A stretch of DNA of 64,000 nucleotides from contig JBEKGH010000026.1 of NCBI GenBank assembly GCA_050012895.1, positions 2,190-66,189 on the forward strand, read 5' to 3'. Shown piece by piece: positions 29,805 to 39,660 of this stretch. The notes under the pieces were generated by a model. The model had not been told where the DNA came from and ran no database searches. It was given only the letters and a program-made list of their open reading frames with translations. Positions within the stretch are counted from its first letter, which is position 1. Each line of letters begins with the position of its first letter. Made by a program: the position numbers and the translations under genes. The stretch is from Terracidiphilus sp. (GTDB lineage: Bacteria; Acidobacteriota; Terriglobia; Terriglobales; Acidobacteriaceae).

Positions 29805-31346
29805 CTAAAATCTCCAATGCGCCAGCAGGTTCTCGACCGTGGGATTGATGGTGTTCACGATGAGCTGGGGCACAAGGCCGAGCAGGAACATGAGGCCGAT
29901 GACGGGCGCGAGAGCCATGCGCTCGCCGTGATGCAGATCGGGAAACGCCGCCCAGCGCTCGGGAACGGGACCGCTGAATACTTTTTGAATCACCGTAAGA
30001 ATCACGACGGCCGTGACGAGCAAACCAAGCACCGATACCGTGGCCGCGATCCACGCCAGCGGAAAAACGCCGCGAAAGATGAGAAACTCGCCAACAAAGC
30101 CGTTAAGTCCGGGCAGACCGAGCGAAGAGAACAGCGCGATGCCCATGAGTCCCGCGAAGATCGGCGCGGGCTTGCGCAGACCGCCGAAGTCGTTGATGCC
30201 GCGCAGACCGCCGGAGCGAAATTGCATCATCGAGACGAACCAGAAGAGCGCGGCGGCGGTCAGTCCGTGGTTGAACATCTGCAGAATGACGCCGTTGAGC
30301 GCAGCGGCTTGACTGGCCTGTTGCGCAGCGCCGGCCGCGGGAACCGCTAGCGCAAAGATGCCCAGCAGGCAGTAGCCCAGGTGATTGATCGAGGAGTAAG
30401 CGAGGACGCGCTTGAGATCGGTCTGCGCGGCCGCGGCCCACGCGCCCATGACGACAGTGGCGGCGGCAAGAACCAGCAGCGGCGTGCGCATCGCGGCGAT
30501 CTGCGGGCCGAAGATCGGAATGGCGATGCGCAGCAAGCCGTAGACGCCCATCTTCGACATGGCGCCGGTGAGCAGCATGGTGACGGGCGAAGGCGCCTCA
30601 GCATACGCGGCGGGCAGCCAGGTGTGGAAGGGCATAAGCGGTACTTTGACCGCGAACCCGGCAAGTACGCCGATGGCGAGCCACGGCATCACCGGGCCGA
30701 GATGCGCGGTGACCATTTGTGTCAACTGGCCGGATGCAGCCATGGCCGTGAGACTCACGAAATCCATGGTGCCGGGAGCGTTGTTGCTCGTAGTCGCAAG
30801 GAAGATGGCGAGGAACGAGAGCAAGAGCGCCACCGAGCCGGCCATGGTGTAGACGAAGAATTGCGTGGCTGCGGGACCGCGCTTCGGACCGCCCCACAAT
30901 TTGATAAGGAAAAACGCGGGGATGAGGCTCAGCTCCCAGAACAAAAACCAGTGAAAGAAATTGAGCGCGGTGAAGGAGCCGAAGAGTCCCGCCTCGAGCG
31001 TGAGCACCAGTCCAAAGAAGAGGCCGGGCATGTGGTGCACACGATGCGCGGCATCGACCGCCATGAGCGTGACGATGGCCGAAAGCACGAGCATGAGACC
31101 GCCTAGGCCGTCAACGCCAAGGTGATACTCGATGCCCAGCGAAGGCGCCCAGGCCACGCGTTCGACGAGACCGATACTGCCATCGGCGGGGATGCGGGTC
31201 CAGATGAAGAGCGCAAGCAACAGGCAGGCCAGCGTGGTGAAGAGCGCCACCACGCGCGCATGGCGGCCGGAGAAGAGCGCGAGCGCCGCGCCGATGAGCG
31301 GCAGCACGGTGAGCAGCGTCAGAATTGGGAATCCGAGCACGTTCAT
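29805..31346 (-). CDS. nuoM: NADH-quinone oxidoreductase subunit M (copy 1)
   Basis: Start at MNVLGFPILTLL. PFHTWLPAAYAEAPSPVTMLLTGAMSKMGVYGLLR. Overlaps nuoL by 4 nt. Confidence 0.8.
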   Translation of the reverse strand: MNVLGFPILTLLTVLPLIGAALALFSGRHARVVALFTTLACLLLALFIWTRIPADGSIGLVERVAWAPSLGIEYHLGVDGLGGLMLVLSAIVTLMAVDAAHRVHHMPGLFFGLVLTLEAGLFGSFTALNFFHWFLFWELSLIPAFFLIKLWGGPKRGPAATQFFVYTMAGSVALLLSFLAIFLATTSNNAPGTMDFVSLTAMAASGQLTQMVTAHLGPVMPWLAIGVLAGFAVKVPLMPFHTWLPAAYAEAPSPVTMLLTGAMSKMGVYGLLRIAIPIFGPQIAAMRTPLLVLAAATVVMGAWAAAAQTDLKRVLAYSSINHLGYCLLGIFALAVPAAGAAQQASQAAALNGVILQMFNHGLTAAALFWFVSMMQFRSGGLRGINDFGGLRKPAPIFAGLMGIALFSSLGLPGLNGFVGEFLIFRGVFPLAWIAATVSVLGLLVTAVVILTVIQKVFSGPVPERWAAFPDLHHGERMALAPVIGLMFLLGLVPQLIVNTINPTVENLLAHWRF

Positions 31347-33418
31347 GGCCGGCTGCTCCAAAGAAGAATTGCAACGAGCGCGACCACGGCCGCGGCCAGA
31401 AAGCGCAGGTAGTTCTGCACGCGGCCGCCTTCCACGCGCGACAGCAGGCCGCCGCCCGAGGAAAGCTCCTCGCAGGTTTTGTCGAAGCCGCCGTCGACCC
31501 AATCGATGTCGAGCAGGCGGTTGAGCTGCGCCCATAGGCCGAAGAGCCACGCGATGGCGGCGACGATGCCGCCCCAGATGCGACGGTCGAGCCAGTCGGC
31601 CACGCGCGCCCACCACGCGTAGAAGGCGATCACGGTCGCGCCGTAGAGTTCGTCGACGTAGAGGCGATCGCGCAACGGAGCCCAAAGCCACGGAGCCGAG
31701 CGCTCAAGGGCATCGGGAGATTCGGGCTTGGGCGATTTATCGCCATAGAGCCACCAGCCGAGGCCGAGACCGACGAAGACGACCAGCGACGACAAGAGCA
31801 TGAGCTGCAGCAAGCCGGGTTCGGCAAATCCGTGAAGATCGAACGTGGCGGCGCGATTCTCAAGGAACGCGCGAAACCACGGCCACGCGGGGGTTCCGAT
31901 GACGCCGAGCGCGATGGCGAAGGCGGCGAGAATGGCGAGCGGCAGCGTCATCACCTTCGGGCTTTCGTGCGCGGTTTCGTGGCCACGCCAGTGGCCGAAG
32001 AAAACGTAGCAGACCTGGCGCGTCATGTAGAACGCGGTGAGCAATGCGCCAAAGACGAGCATATAAAACGGGCCTTTGGAGATGTCCCAATGCTTCGCCG
32101 CTTCGAGGATCCCGTCCTTCGACCAGAATCCCGAGAAGAGCAGTGGGAATCCGCACAGCGCCAACATGCCGATAGCGTAAGTAAGAAAAGTGAGCGGCAT
32201 GTCGGAGCGAAGGCCGCCCATGCGGCGAATGTCCTGCTCCTCGTGGCAGCCGTGGATGACCGAACCCGCGCCGAGGAAGAGCAGCGCCTTGAAAAAAGCG
32301 TGCGTGATGAGGTGGAACATGCCCACCGCGACTCCGCCGATGCCGAGGCCGGCCATCATGTAGCCGAGTTGCGAAATGGTCGAATAAGCGAGGATGCGCT
32401 TGATATCGTTTTGCGCGACGGCGATGAGCGCGGCAAAGACCGCCGTGGACGCGCCAACCCAGGTGACGACGGTGAGCGCCGCGGTGGTTCCATGGGGCGA
32501 GGCGCCGATTTGCATGAGAGGATAAACGCGCGCAACCAGAAAGACGCCGGCTGCGACCATGGTGGCCGCGTGAATGAGCGCGGAGACCGGCGTGGGGCCT
32601 TCCATGGCGTCGGGTAGCCAGACGTGCAAAGGAAGTTGGCCGCTCTTGCCCACAGCTCCGGCAAAGATCAGCAGGCCGATGGCGCCGGCGGCGCTCAAGC
32701 CCAACCCCGCGTGCTGCGAAAGCAGGTTGACGAGCGCGAGGCCTTCGAGCGAGCCCACGCCGTGGTTGTAGAAAAGCAACGTGCCGGTCTGCGAGTACAA
32801 CCAGACGATGCCGAGCAAAAAGAAAACATCGCCGACGCGCGTAGTGACGAAAGCTTTTTTCGCAGCCGCTGCAGCCGAGGGCTTTTGATACCAGAAGCCG
32901 ATGAGCAGATACGAAGTGAGGCCGACGATCTCCCAGCACATGAAGAGCAGCAGCAGGCTGTTGGAGATCACCACGCCCAGCATGGCGCCCGCAAAGAGCG
33001 AGAGGAAACAGAAGAAGCGGGTGAAGTTTTCGTCGTGGGCCATGTAGCCCGCCGAATAAATAAAGATGAGCAAACCGACGAAGCTGACCATCACCAGCAT
33101 GATGGCGGCCAGGGGATCGAGGACCCAGCCAAGATCGACGGTGGAGGAGCCGAAGCGGAACCAGGTGAAGTTGACGAATTCGCGGACGACGGAACCGTGT
33201 GCCCATCCGGCTACTACGTGACCGAACGCGACCAGCGACAACAGCAAGGAAATCGAGAGCGATCCGATGGCCAATGCGGCGGCAAGTTTGCGGCGCGGCT
33301 GCTTGAGAAACGCGATTACCCCCGATGCGATCATGGGCGCGACGGGAATGAGCCACAGGATGCCCGTGATCGCGGAAGCGGCGAATTGTGGAGTGAATGC
33401 TGCGGATTCCTGCATCAT
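31343..33418 (-). CDS. nuoL: NADH-quinone oxidoreductase subunit L
   Basis: PLHVWLPDAMEGPTPVSALIHAATMVAAGVFLVAR (ND5-type motif). 691 aa. Confidence 0.85.
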   Translation of the reverse strand: MMQESAAFTPQFAASAITGILWLIPVAPMIASGVIAFLKQPRRKLAAALAIGSLSISLLLSLVAFGHVVAGWAHGSVVREFVNFTWFRFGSSTVDLGWVLDPLAAIMLVMVSFVGLLIFIYSAGYMAHDENFTRFFCFLSLFAGAMLGVVISNSLLLLFMCWEIVGLTSYLLIGFWYQKPSAAAAAKKAFVTTRVGDVFFLLGIVWLYSQTGTLLFYNHGVGSLEGLALVNLLSQHAGLGLSAAGAIGLLIFAGAVGKSGQLPLHVWLPDAMEGPTPVSALIHAATMVAAGVFLVARVYPLMQIGASPHGTTAALTVVTWVGASTAVFAALIAVAQNDIKRILAYSTISQLGYMMAGLGIGGVAVGMFHLITHAFFKALLFLGAGSVIHGCHEEQDIRRMGGLRSDMPLTFLTYAIGMLALCGFPLLFSGFWSKDGILEAAKHWDISKGPFYMLVFGALLTAFYMTRQVCYVFFGHWRGHETAHESPKVMTLPLAILAAFAIALGVIGTPAWPWFRAFLENRAATFDLHGFAEPGLLQLMLLSSLVVFVGLGLGWWLYGDKSPKPESPDALERSAPWLWAPLRDRLYVDELYGATVIAFYAWWARVADWLDRRIWGGIVAAIAWLFGLWAQLNRLLDIDWVDGGFDKTCEELSSGGGLLSRVEGGRVQNYLRFLAAAVVALVAILLWSSRP

Positions 33419-33422
33419 TCTT

Positions 33423-33737
33423 TCACCCCTTCATCCTGTTGATCTTGTCGAGTTCGGTGGTGTCGGTGTGGCGATGGATGGCGATGACGAGGCCGAGACC
33501 CACGGCAGCTTCTGCCGCGGCCACGGCGATCGAAAAAATGGCGAACATCATGCCGGTGAGCGCTTCAGGATGCGGACCGAAGCGCCAGAAAGCGATCAGG
33601 TTGAGGTTGGCGGCGTTCAACATGAGCTCAATGCCGATGAGTACGAGAATGGCATTGCGGCGCACCAAAGCGCCGGCCAGGCCGATGGCGAAAAGCAGAG
33701 CGGCAACGAGAAGATAACCGGCGAGCGGCGTAGTCAC
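33423..33737 (-). CDS. nuoK: NADH-quinone oxidoreductase subunit K (GTG start)
   Basis: MTTPLAGYLLVAALLFAIGLAGALVRRNAILVLIGIELMLNAANLNLIAF... 104 aa, three TM helices. It is the 3' part of track ORF 33423..34157. Confidence 0.8.
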   Translation of the reverse strand: MTTPLAGYLLVAALLFAIGLAGALVRRNAILVLIGIELMLNAANLNLIAFWRFGPHPEALTGMMFAIFSIAVAAAEAAVGLGLVIAIHRHTDTTELDKINRMKG

Positions 33738-34237
33738 GGTTTCGGCCTCTCTTTCTCGTGCATGGCCACGATGACCGCGCCAATGGTGGCCGCTGTGAGC
33801 AGCAAAGCGACAATCTCCAGCGGCAACACGTAGCGGCCCACCAGCGCGTTGCCGATGTCGCGCACACTGACAGTGGGAACGGCGGCCTGCTGCGGCACGG
33901 CGCGGACGCTTTGCAACACGGCCCACGCGAGAACCGCAAAGACGCCGGCGGCAATCACGAGGCCGACAAACCAGGTACGGCTGAAGACGCCATCTTTGGG
34001 CAGATCGGAGCCGCGCGTAAGCAGAATGGCGAAGACGATCAGGATGGCGACGGCGCCGATGTAAACGAGAATCTGCGCAAAGCCGGCAAACTGCGCGTCG
34101 AGTTGGAGAAACAGCAGCGCCAGCCCGGCGAAGGCCACCGTGGTGGCCAGCGCGCAATGCACCAGGTGCTTGAGCAGCACAGCCGCAAGACCGCCGGCCA
34201 ACGTAAGGGCCGCAAGGATGTAGAAGATGGGACTCAC
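33734..34237 (-). CDS. nuoJ: NADH-quinone oxidoreductase subunit J
   Basis: MSPIFYILAALTLAGGLAAVLLKHLVHCALA...: ND6-like. Overlaps nuoK by 4 nt. Confidence 0.8.
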   Translation of the reverse strand: MSPIFYILAALTLAGGLAAVLLKHLVHCALATTVAFAGLALLFLQLDAQFAGFAQILVYIGAVAILIVFAILLTRGSDLPKDGVFSRTWFVGLVIAAGVFAVLAWAVLQSVRAVPQQAAVPTVSVRDIGNALVGRYVLPLEIVALLLTAATIGAVIVAMHEKERPKP

Positions 34238-34277
34238 TTGCTCCTAGTCCTTTCCTTCAGGGCACCGGCGTCCTCAA

Positions 34278-34318
34278 AAGCAACCGCAGATCCTTCGACT
34301 TCGCTCAGGATGACAGCC
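34278..34318. repeat. repeat family A copy (reverse orientation, no insert)
   Basis: The reverse complement reads ctgtcatcctgagcgaagtcgaaggatctgcggttgc. Confidence 0.6.
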
Positions 34319-34402
34319 TGCTGTTGAACGAGGCCCTGTCGCCGGGCGATGTGCTCCCGCGCTTTCTTGTTCGCTTGTTCCCTTGCTCCCTTGTTCCCTG
34401 TT

Positions 34403-35593
34403 TTATTCAGCATAGCGGTATCTCCTGGGGCCGAAGTGCTGGTTGCGCATGCTCGCGCGACCCATCAGCAGGTAGGCTGCGGCAAGAATCACCGCGCAGA
34501 CAAGCCAGCGCATCCAGCCCTCGCCCATGAAGCGCCAGAGCGCGGTGACGAGCAGGTTAAGCAGCGAAAAGGGCAGCAGAAACTTCCAGGCGAAGTTCAT
34601 CAACTGGTCCTGGCGCAGGCGGGGCAGCGTGCCGCGCACCCAGATAAAGACGAAGAGTGAGAGGATGACCTTCGAGAAGAACCAGATCCACGAAGGAATG
34701 AAGGCGAGGACCGAAAGCGGCGCGGACCATCCGCCGAGAAAGAGCGTCGCGCACAACCCCGATATGGAAATCATGGAAAGGTATTCGGCGATGAAGAAGA
34801 TAGCGAATTTGAAGCCGGAATACTCGGTGTGATAACCGGCCACAATCTCCGACTCGCCTTCGGGCACGTCGAAGGGCGAGCGATTGGTTTCAGCCATACC
34901 GGCGATCGAGAACGTCAGAAAGCCCGCCGCTCCCCAGGGCGTGAAGATGTACCAGTGAGGGAAGATACCTGAATAGCTGTTCTGCGCCGCGATGATCCTG
35001 GTCAGGGAGAGCGAGCCGGCGATCATGACAACCGACACGGTGGAAAGCACCAGTACCACTTCGTAGCTGATCATCTGCGCGATGCCGCGCATGGCGCCGA
35101 GCATTGAAAATTTATTGCGGCTGGACCAGCCGGCCATGAAAACCGAAAGCTCCGTGGCTGCGCCCATGGCGAGGAAGAACAGCAGGCCCGCGTCCATATC
35201 GACCAGCACCATGTTGCGGCCGACGGGAAGAACCGCAAAGGCCATGAAGACGGTGACCAACAGCACAATGGGCGCAAGAAAATGCACCACGTGGTCGGCG
35301 CGGTAGGGGACAATGTCTTCCTTGATGAGCGCCTTGATGGCGTCGGCGATGGGTTGCAACAGGCCGTAGGGGCCCACGCGGTTGGGACCGTACCGGTTCT
35401 GGATGCGGCCCACGCCTTTGCGCTCCAGAATCACAACGACAGCAAATAGACCCGGAAAAACGCACACGATGGCGATAGCACCGAGCACGACGCCGGCGGC
35501 GGGACGCAATGCTGTGGGCAAATAACCGACGAGCCAGTCGCGGAGGATGATGAAGATCTGGTCGAGATTGGCGGATAGGGGCGACGTCGCCAT
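34403..35593 (-). CDS. nuoH: NADH-quinone oxidoreductase subunit H
   Basis: ILERKGVGRIQNRYGPNRVGPYGLLQPIADAIK...SRNKFSMLGAMRGIAQMISYEV (ND1 signature). Extended C-terminus. Confidence 0.85.
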   Translation of the reverse strand: MATSPLSANLDQIFIILRDWLVGYLPTALRPAAGVVLGAIAIVCVFPGLFAVVVILERKGVGRIQNRYGPNRVGPYGLLQPIADAIKALIKEDIVPYRADHVVHFLAPIVLLVTVFMAFAVLPVGRNMVLVDMDAGLLFFLAMGAATELSVFMAGWSSRNKFSMLGAMRGIAQMISYEVVLVLSTVSVVMIAGSLSLTRIIAAQNSYSGIFPHWYIFTPWGAAGFLTFSIAGMAETNRSPFDVPEGESEIVAGYHTEYSGFKFAIFFIAEYLSMISISGLCATLFLGGWSAPLSVLAFIPSWIWFFSKVILSLFVFIWVRGTLPRLRQDQLMNFAWKFLLPFSLLNLLVTALWRFMGEGWMRWLVCAVILAAAYLLMGRASMRNQHFGPRRYRYAE

Positions 35594-35596
35594 GGT

Positions 35597-36211
35597 CTAG
35601 CTTCCTCCTCCGGCGGATGGTGCGGGAGGTGCGGGCGCGGCAGCTTTGGCAGCGGCGGCTTCGGCCGCGGCTTTGGCTTTTGCTTCCACCTTGGCCTTTT
35701 CCTCGCCGAGGTGCGCATCAACTTCCGATGCTTCTGTGGGATGAATCGAGTGATAGTATTCGTTCGATCTGGCCAACTGCTTGCGATCGTAGAGCAGGCC
35801 GCCGAAACGATCGTCGGTGGCCAACTCAAACTCGTTGTCCATCTTGATGGCCTCGAACGGGCAAACTTCAACGCAGATCTGGCAGCTCATGCAAACTGAA
35901 ATATCTATATCGAAGCGGGTGGGGTAAAACTGCTGCTTGCCCACATAATCCGGCTTCTTGTCTTTGCTTTTGTCGATGTAAATGCACTTTGGCGGGCACT
36001 CCTTCTCGCAGATCTGGCAAGCCACGCAACGCAAGCCGGCCTCCCAGTCTGCTCCGTCGTACACGAGAAAGGGAAACACACGCGCAGCTTCGACGGTGGG
36101 AATCCGTTCTTCGGGATACTCCACCGTGGTCAGCCGTTCTTTGGAGACGTAGCTACCGAAGAAATTCCTCGCCGTCTCCGCCATGCCCTTCAGGATGCCT
36201 TCACCAAGCAA
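35597..36211 (-). CDS. nuoI: NADH-quinone oxidoreductase subunit I (2x[4Fe-4S] ferredoxin) with Ala/Lys-rich C-terminal tail
   Basis: CVACQICEKECPPKCI and CMSCQICVEVCPFEAI motifs. It precedes nuoH, which is atypical order. Confidence 0.85.
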   Translation of the reverse strand: MLGEGILKGMAETARNFFGSYVSKERLTTVEYPEERIPTVEAARVFPFLVYDGADWEAGLRCVACQICEKECPPKCIYIDKSKDKKPDYVGKQQFYPTRFDIDISVCMSCQICVEVCPFEAIKMDNEFELATDDRFGGLLYDRKQLARSNEYYHSIHPTEASEVDAHLGEEKAKVEAKAKAAAEAAAAKAAAPAPPAPSAGGGS

Positions 36212-36239
36212 CTCCGGTTCCTCCGTAAGCGTCTAGCCG

Positions 36240-37412
36240 CTATCTGTCCACTTCTCCCAGCACAATATCCACGCTGCCAAAAATCAGCACCACATCGGCG
36301 ACATTGTGCCCCAGGCACATGTCTTCAAGAACGGTCAGATTGATCAGACTCGGCGGGCGCACGCGATAGCGATATGGATTCGGCCCGCCGTCGCTGATGA
36401 GATAAAAACCCAACTCGCCCTTGGGCGCTTCGATGCGGCCATAGGCCTCGCCCGGCTTGGGCCGGAAGCCACGAATCTTCGCCTTGGCGTCCATGATGGG
36501 CCCGGCCGGAATATCCTTGAGCGCCTGCTCAACAATCCGGATCGACTCGCGCATCTCCAGAATGCGCATCATGTAGCGGTCATAGACGTCGCCATGATCG
36601 CCAAGCGGCACGCGAAACTTGAAACGGTCGTAGATGCCGTAGCGGTCGACCTTGCGAATGTCATAGTTCACACCTGACGCGCGCAGCATAGGCCCTGAGA
36701 CGCCGGCGTTCACGGCCAGATCCGGTTTCAAAATACCCACGCCCTGGCAGCGCACCATCAAAATCTCATTTGATGACAGCAGCGCCTCAAATTCGTCGAC
36801 AAACGCGGGCAGGCCGACGACCACCTTGCGCGTCGCGTCAAGCCATGGCACGGAAACATCCACGCGGCAACCGCCGAAGCGCATGTAGTTGCACATCATG
36901 CGCGAGCCGGTGAGCGACTCGAAGAGGTCGAGGATTTTCTCGCGCTCTTTGAAGGCGTACATCAGGGGCGTGCCGCTGGCGCCCATCTCTTGAATCAAAA
37001 ATCCAATCGACGAGGCATGATTCTGAATGCGCGTGAGCTCGGCGAGGATGACGCGAATGTACTGAGCGCGCTCGGGAACTTCCTGGGCGACAAGCTTTTC
37101 CACCGCCAGCGCGTAGGCCCAGTTATTGGTAAGCGAGCAGAGGTAATCGAGGCGGTCGGTGTAGGGCATCGACCCCAGATAACTGGCCTGCTCCGCGATC
37201 TTCTCATGGTTGCGGTGCAGGTAGCCGAAGACCGGCTTGAGGCGTATGACGCGCTCGCCGTCGAGCGCCAAGTCCATGCGGAAGACGCCGTGCGTCGACG
37301 GGTGGTGCGGCCCCATGGCGAGTTCGAGCAACTCGCCCTCGCCGTCGGGCACGATCACCGGCGGCCGGTTCCAGTCGTCGAGTCTTTCGGATTTTGTTTC
37401 TACTGCACTCAT
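36240..37412 (-). CDS. nuoD: NADH-quinone oxidoreductase subunit D
   Basis: LELAMGPHHPSTHGVFRMDLALDGERV...RIEAPKGELGFYLISDG. Confidence 0.9.
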   Translation of the reverse strand: MSAVETKSERLDDWNRPPVIVPDGEGELLELAMGPHHPSTHGVFRMDLALDGERVIRLKPVFGYLHRNHEKIAEQASYLGSMPYTDRLDYLCSLTNNWAYALAVEKLVAQEVPERAQYIRVILAELTRIQNHASSIGFLIQEMGASGTPLMYAFKEREKILDLFESLTGSRMMCNYMRFGGCRVDVSVPWLDATRKVVVGLPAFVDEFEALLSSNEILMVRCQGVGILKPDLAVNAGVSGPMLRASGVNYDIRKVDRYGIYDRFKFRVPLGDHGDVYDRYMMRILEMRESIRIVEQALKDIPAGPIMDAKAKIRGFRPKPGEAYGRIEAPKGELGFYLISDGGPNPYRYRVRPPSLINLTVLEDMCLGHNVADVVLIFGSVDIVLGEVDR

Positions 37413-37465
37413 CGTCAGGTTTCAGTTCACAGTTCGGAGTTTCGCGTTTGCTTGTCGTGAGTCCC

Positions 37466-38164
37466 TTAGTCCCTGGTCCATGATCCCTTAGTTCCTTGCG
37501 CGGCCTCGGCCGCGCGACGCTCCTGCGCCCGCGCCAGCACGGCATCGTGCGGCGTGGGCTCGTACTCGTAGTCGTCCGGCTCCACGTAATCCTTGCGCAT
37601 GGGGTGATCCTTGAATCCGTCCCACATCAGGATGCGGCGCAGGTCCGGATGGCCGGTAAAAATGACGCCGTAGAGATCGAAGACTTCGCGCTCCTGAAAC
37701 TCCGCGGAGCGCCAGACGGGCGTGAGCGAAGGCAGCTCCACCCGATCGCTGCGGTTCGCGGTCTTCATGCGAATTACCAGCGGACCGTGCTTTTTCTCGA
37801 CGGAATAAAGGTGAAAAACGACCTCAAGACAGCCAGGCTCAATGCGTTTGCGCGTTTCATCGACGGTTTCTTCCACTTGCTGCTCGACTTTCCCTTCAGG
37901 GCCTTCGACACTTTTCGTCACCGTGCGCGTCACTTTCACTTTTTCGGCAATTTCTTTGTCAGGCCAGTCCACTCCCGAAACATTGGAAAGAAAGTCAAAG
38001 GCCAGATCCGCGTCGTCGCGCAGGAAGGTCGCCACGGCAACGGCGCTCGCGGGTGCAAGGCGAAGCGAGTGCTCCGCGGCCGGCCCGGGATTGGGCACAA
38101 ACTCCACGCCCGCGCCGGGAACCGCTGCCTCAATCGCCGCCTTGATCTCTTCCACCGTCTTCAA
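37466..38164 (-). CDS. nuoC: NADH-quinone oxidoreductase subunit C
   Basis: 30-kDa subunit fold: [20 protein letters not shown]...[23 protein letters not shown]. Confidence 0.85.
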   Translation of the reverse strand: MKTVEEIKAAIEAAVPGAGVEFVPNPGPAAEHSLRLAPASAVAVATFLRDDADLAFDFLSNVSGVDWPDKEIAEKVKVTRTVTKSVEGPEGKVEQQVEETVDETRKRIEPGCLEVVFHLYSVEKKHGPLVIRMKTANRSDRVELPSLTPVWRSAEFQEREVFDLYGVIFTGHPDLRRILMWDGFKDHPMRKDYVEPDDYEYEPTPHDAVLARAQERRAAEAAQGTKGSWTRD

Positions 38165-38243
38165 AATCAGCCTCTAGCTCCTAGCCTTTAGCTTCTAGCT
38201 TTGTTTTCTTCGCTGCCGGCCGCGACGTTGTCCGCTAGCCTCT

Positions 38244-38276
38244 TTTCCCTGTTCCCTGTTTTCTGTTCCCTATTCC

Positions 38277-38300
<24 letters not shown>
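38244..38300. repeat. TCCCT(R)-type heptamer run (AGGGAR on the coding strand) in the nuoB-nuoC gap
   Basis: ccctgttccctgttttctgttccctattccctattccctactccctactccctg. It supplies the last codons and the stop of nuoB (…GSRE-stop). Confidence 0.7.
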
Positions 38301-38897
<597 letters not shown>

Positions 38898-39037
38898 GTC
38901 GCTTTGCTCCGAGTGAATAAGTGAAATCAGTGAAGGGAGCGAAAGAGCGTAAGCCGGGAACTCGTTAAGCAACAAACAACACCGTTCTTGAGTTCCACTT
39001 GAGATCAAATACAAGTCGTGTGCCGCCCAACTGCCGC

Positions 39038-39104
39038 TTCACTGTCTCACTCATTCACTTACTTCACTTTCTTCACTGATTCACTTCCTTCACTTTTTTC
39101 ACTG
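39038..39104. repeat. AGTGAA hexamer repeated 7 times (coding-strand sense) in the nuoA-nuoB intergenic region
   Basis: + strand: cactcattcacttacttcactttcttcactgattcacttccttcacttttttcactgg. Spacing is 8-10 nt. Confidence 0.7.
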
Positions 39105-39126
39105 GTCTCGATCCGCCTGCGGCGGA

Positions 39127-39498
39127 TCACGCCCACGTCAGCACACCCTTGGCCCAGGCCCAGGCCAATCCCTCGACCAAAAGCAGCACGAACACCAGCA
39201 TGGCCCCGCAGGCCGCCGCGCTCAGCCCCGTAAACGCCACCGCAAATGGCAATAGAAAAACGGCTTCCACGTCAAAGATGAGAAAAATGATGCCGTAGAG
39301 GTAGTAGGCTGAGCGGAATTGCACCCAGGCGTCGCCCTTTGACACCATGCCGCACTCATAAATGGCATTCTTGGTCGCGTTCGGTTTGGCAGGCGAAAAC
39401 ACCTTCGCCCAAAGCCATGCCAGCGCCAGCGGAGCTAGCCCAAACCCGAGCGCCGCCGCAAACAAAACTGCCAAGGAAAAGTAGGGACTGGAAGCCAT
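39127..39498 (-). CDS. nuoA: NADH-quinone oxidoreductase subunit A
   Basis: MASSPYFSLAVLFAAALGFGLAPLALAWL...YECGM...IIFLIFDVEAVFLLPFAVAF. Confidence 0.85.
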   Translation of the reverse strand: MASSPYFSLAVLFAAALGFGLAPLALAWLWAKVFSPAKPNATKNAIYECGMVSKGDAWVQFRSAYYLYGIIFLIFDVEAVFLLPFAVAFTGLSAAACGAMLVFVLLLVEGLAWAWAKGVLTWA

Positions 39499-39660
39499 TG
39501 CAGGAATGTAAGTCCTTCCAGTTCAAGCTATCAGTTTGGGGCCGGTTTTGGCGATGAAGTTCGGGCCGTTTCTTGCCGTTCAGGCCCGTTTTTGCACCAT
39601 TTATCCCATCCTATGAACCGTTGGCTGGGGAGCGCACTGTAGGCGGTTGCTGGAACGGCA

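Noticed and set aside
28788-30350. 520-aa + strand ORF; other long + ORFs at 10307..11296, 31832..33442, 40171..41376, 45866..46777, 47641..48546, 50301..51398; and the minus ORF 60848..62254
   Set aside because: Arg/Gly/Asp-rich translations opposite well-supported genes (nuo genes, lytS, the isomerase, ilvE, OFOR, the CoA-transferase, the flotillin). Typical GC-rich shadow ORFs.
29805-31346. Two adjacent nuoM genes as an assembly duplication
   Set aside because: The two copies are clearly diverged at protein level (different lengths, ~40% identity by eye). This is a genuine paralog pair, not a collapsed or duplicated assembly artefact.
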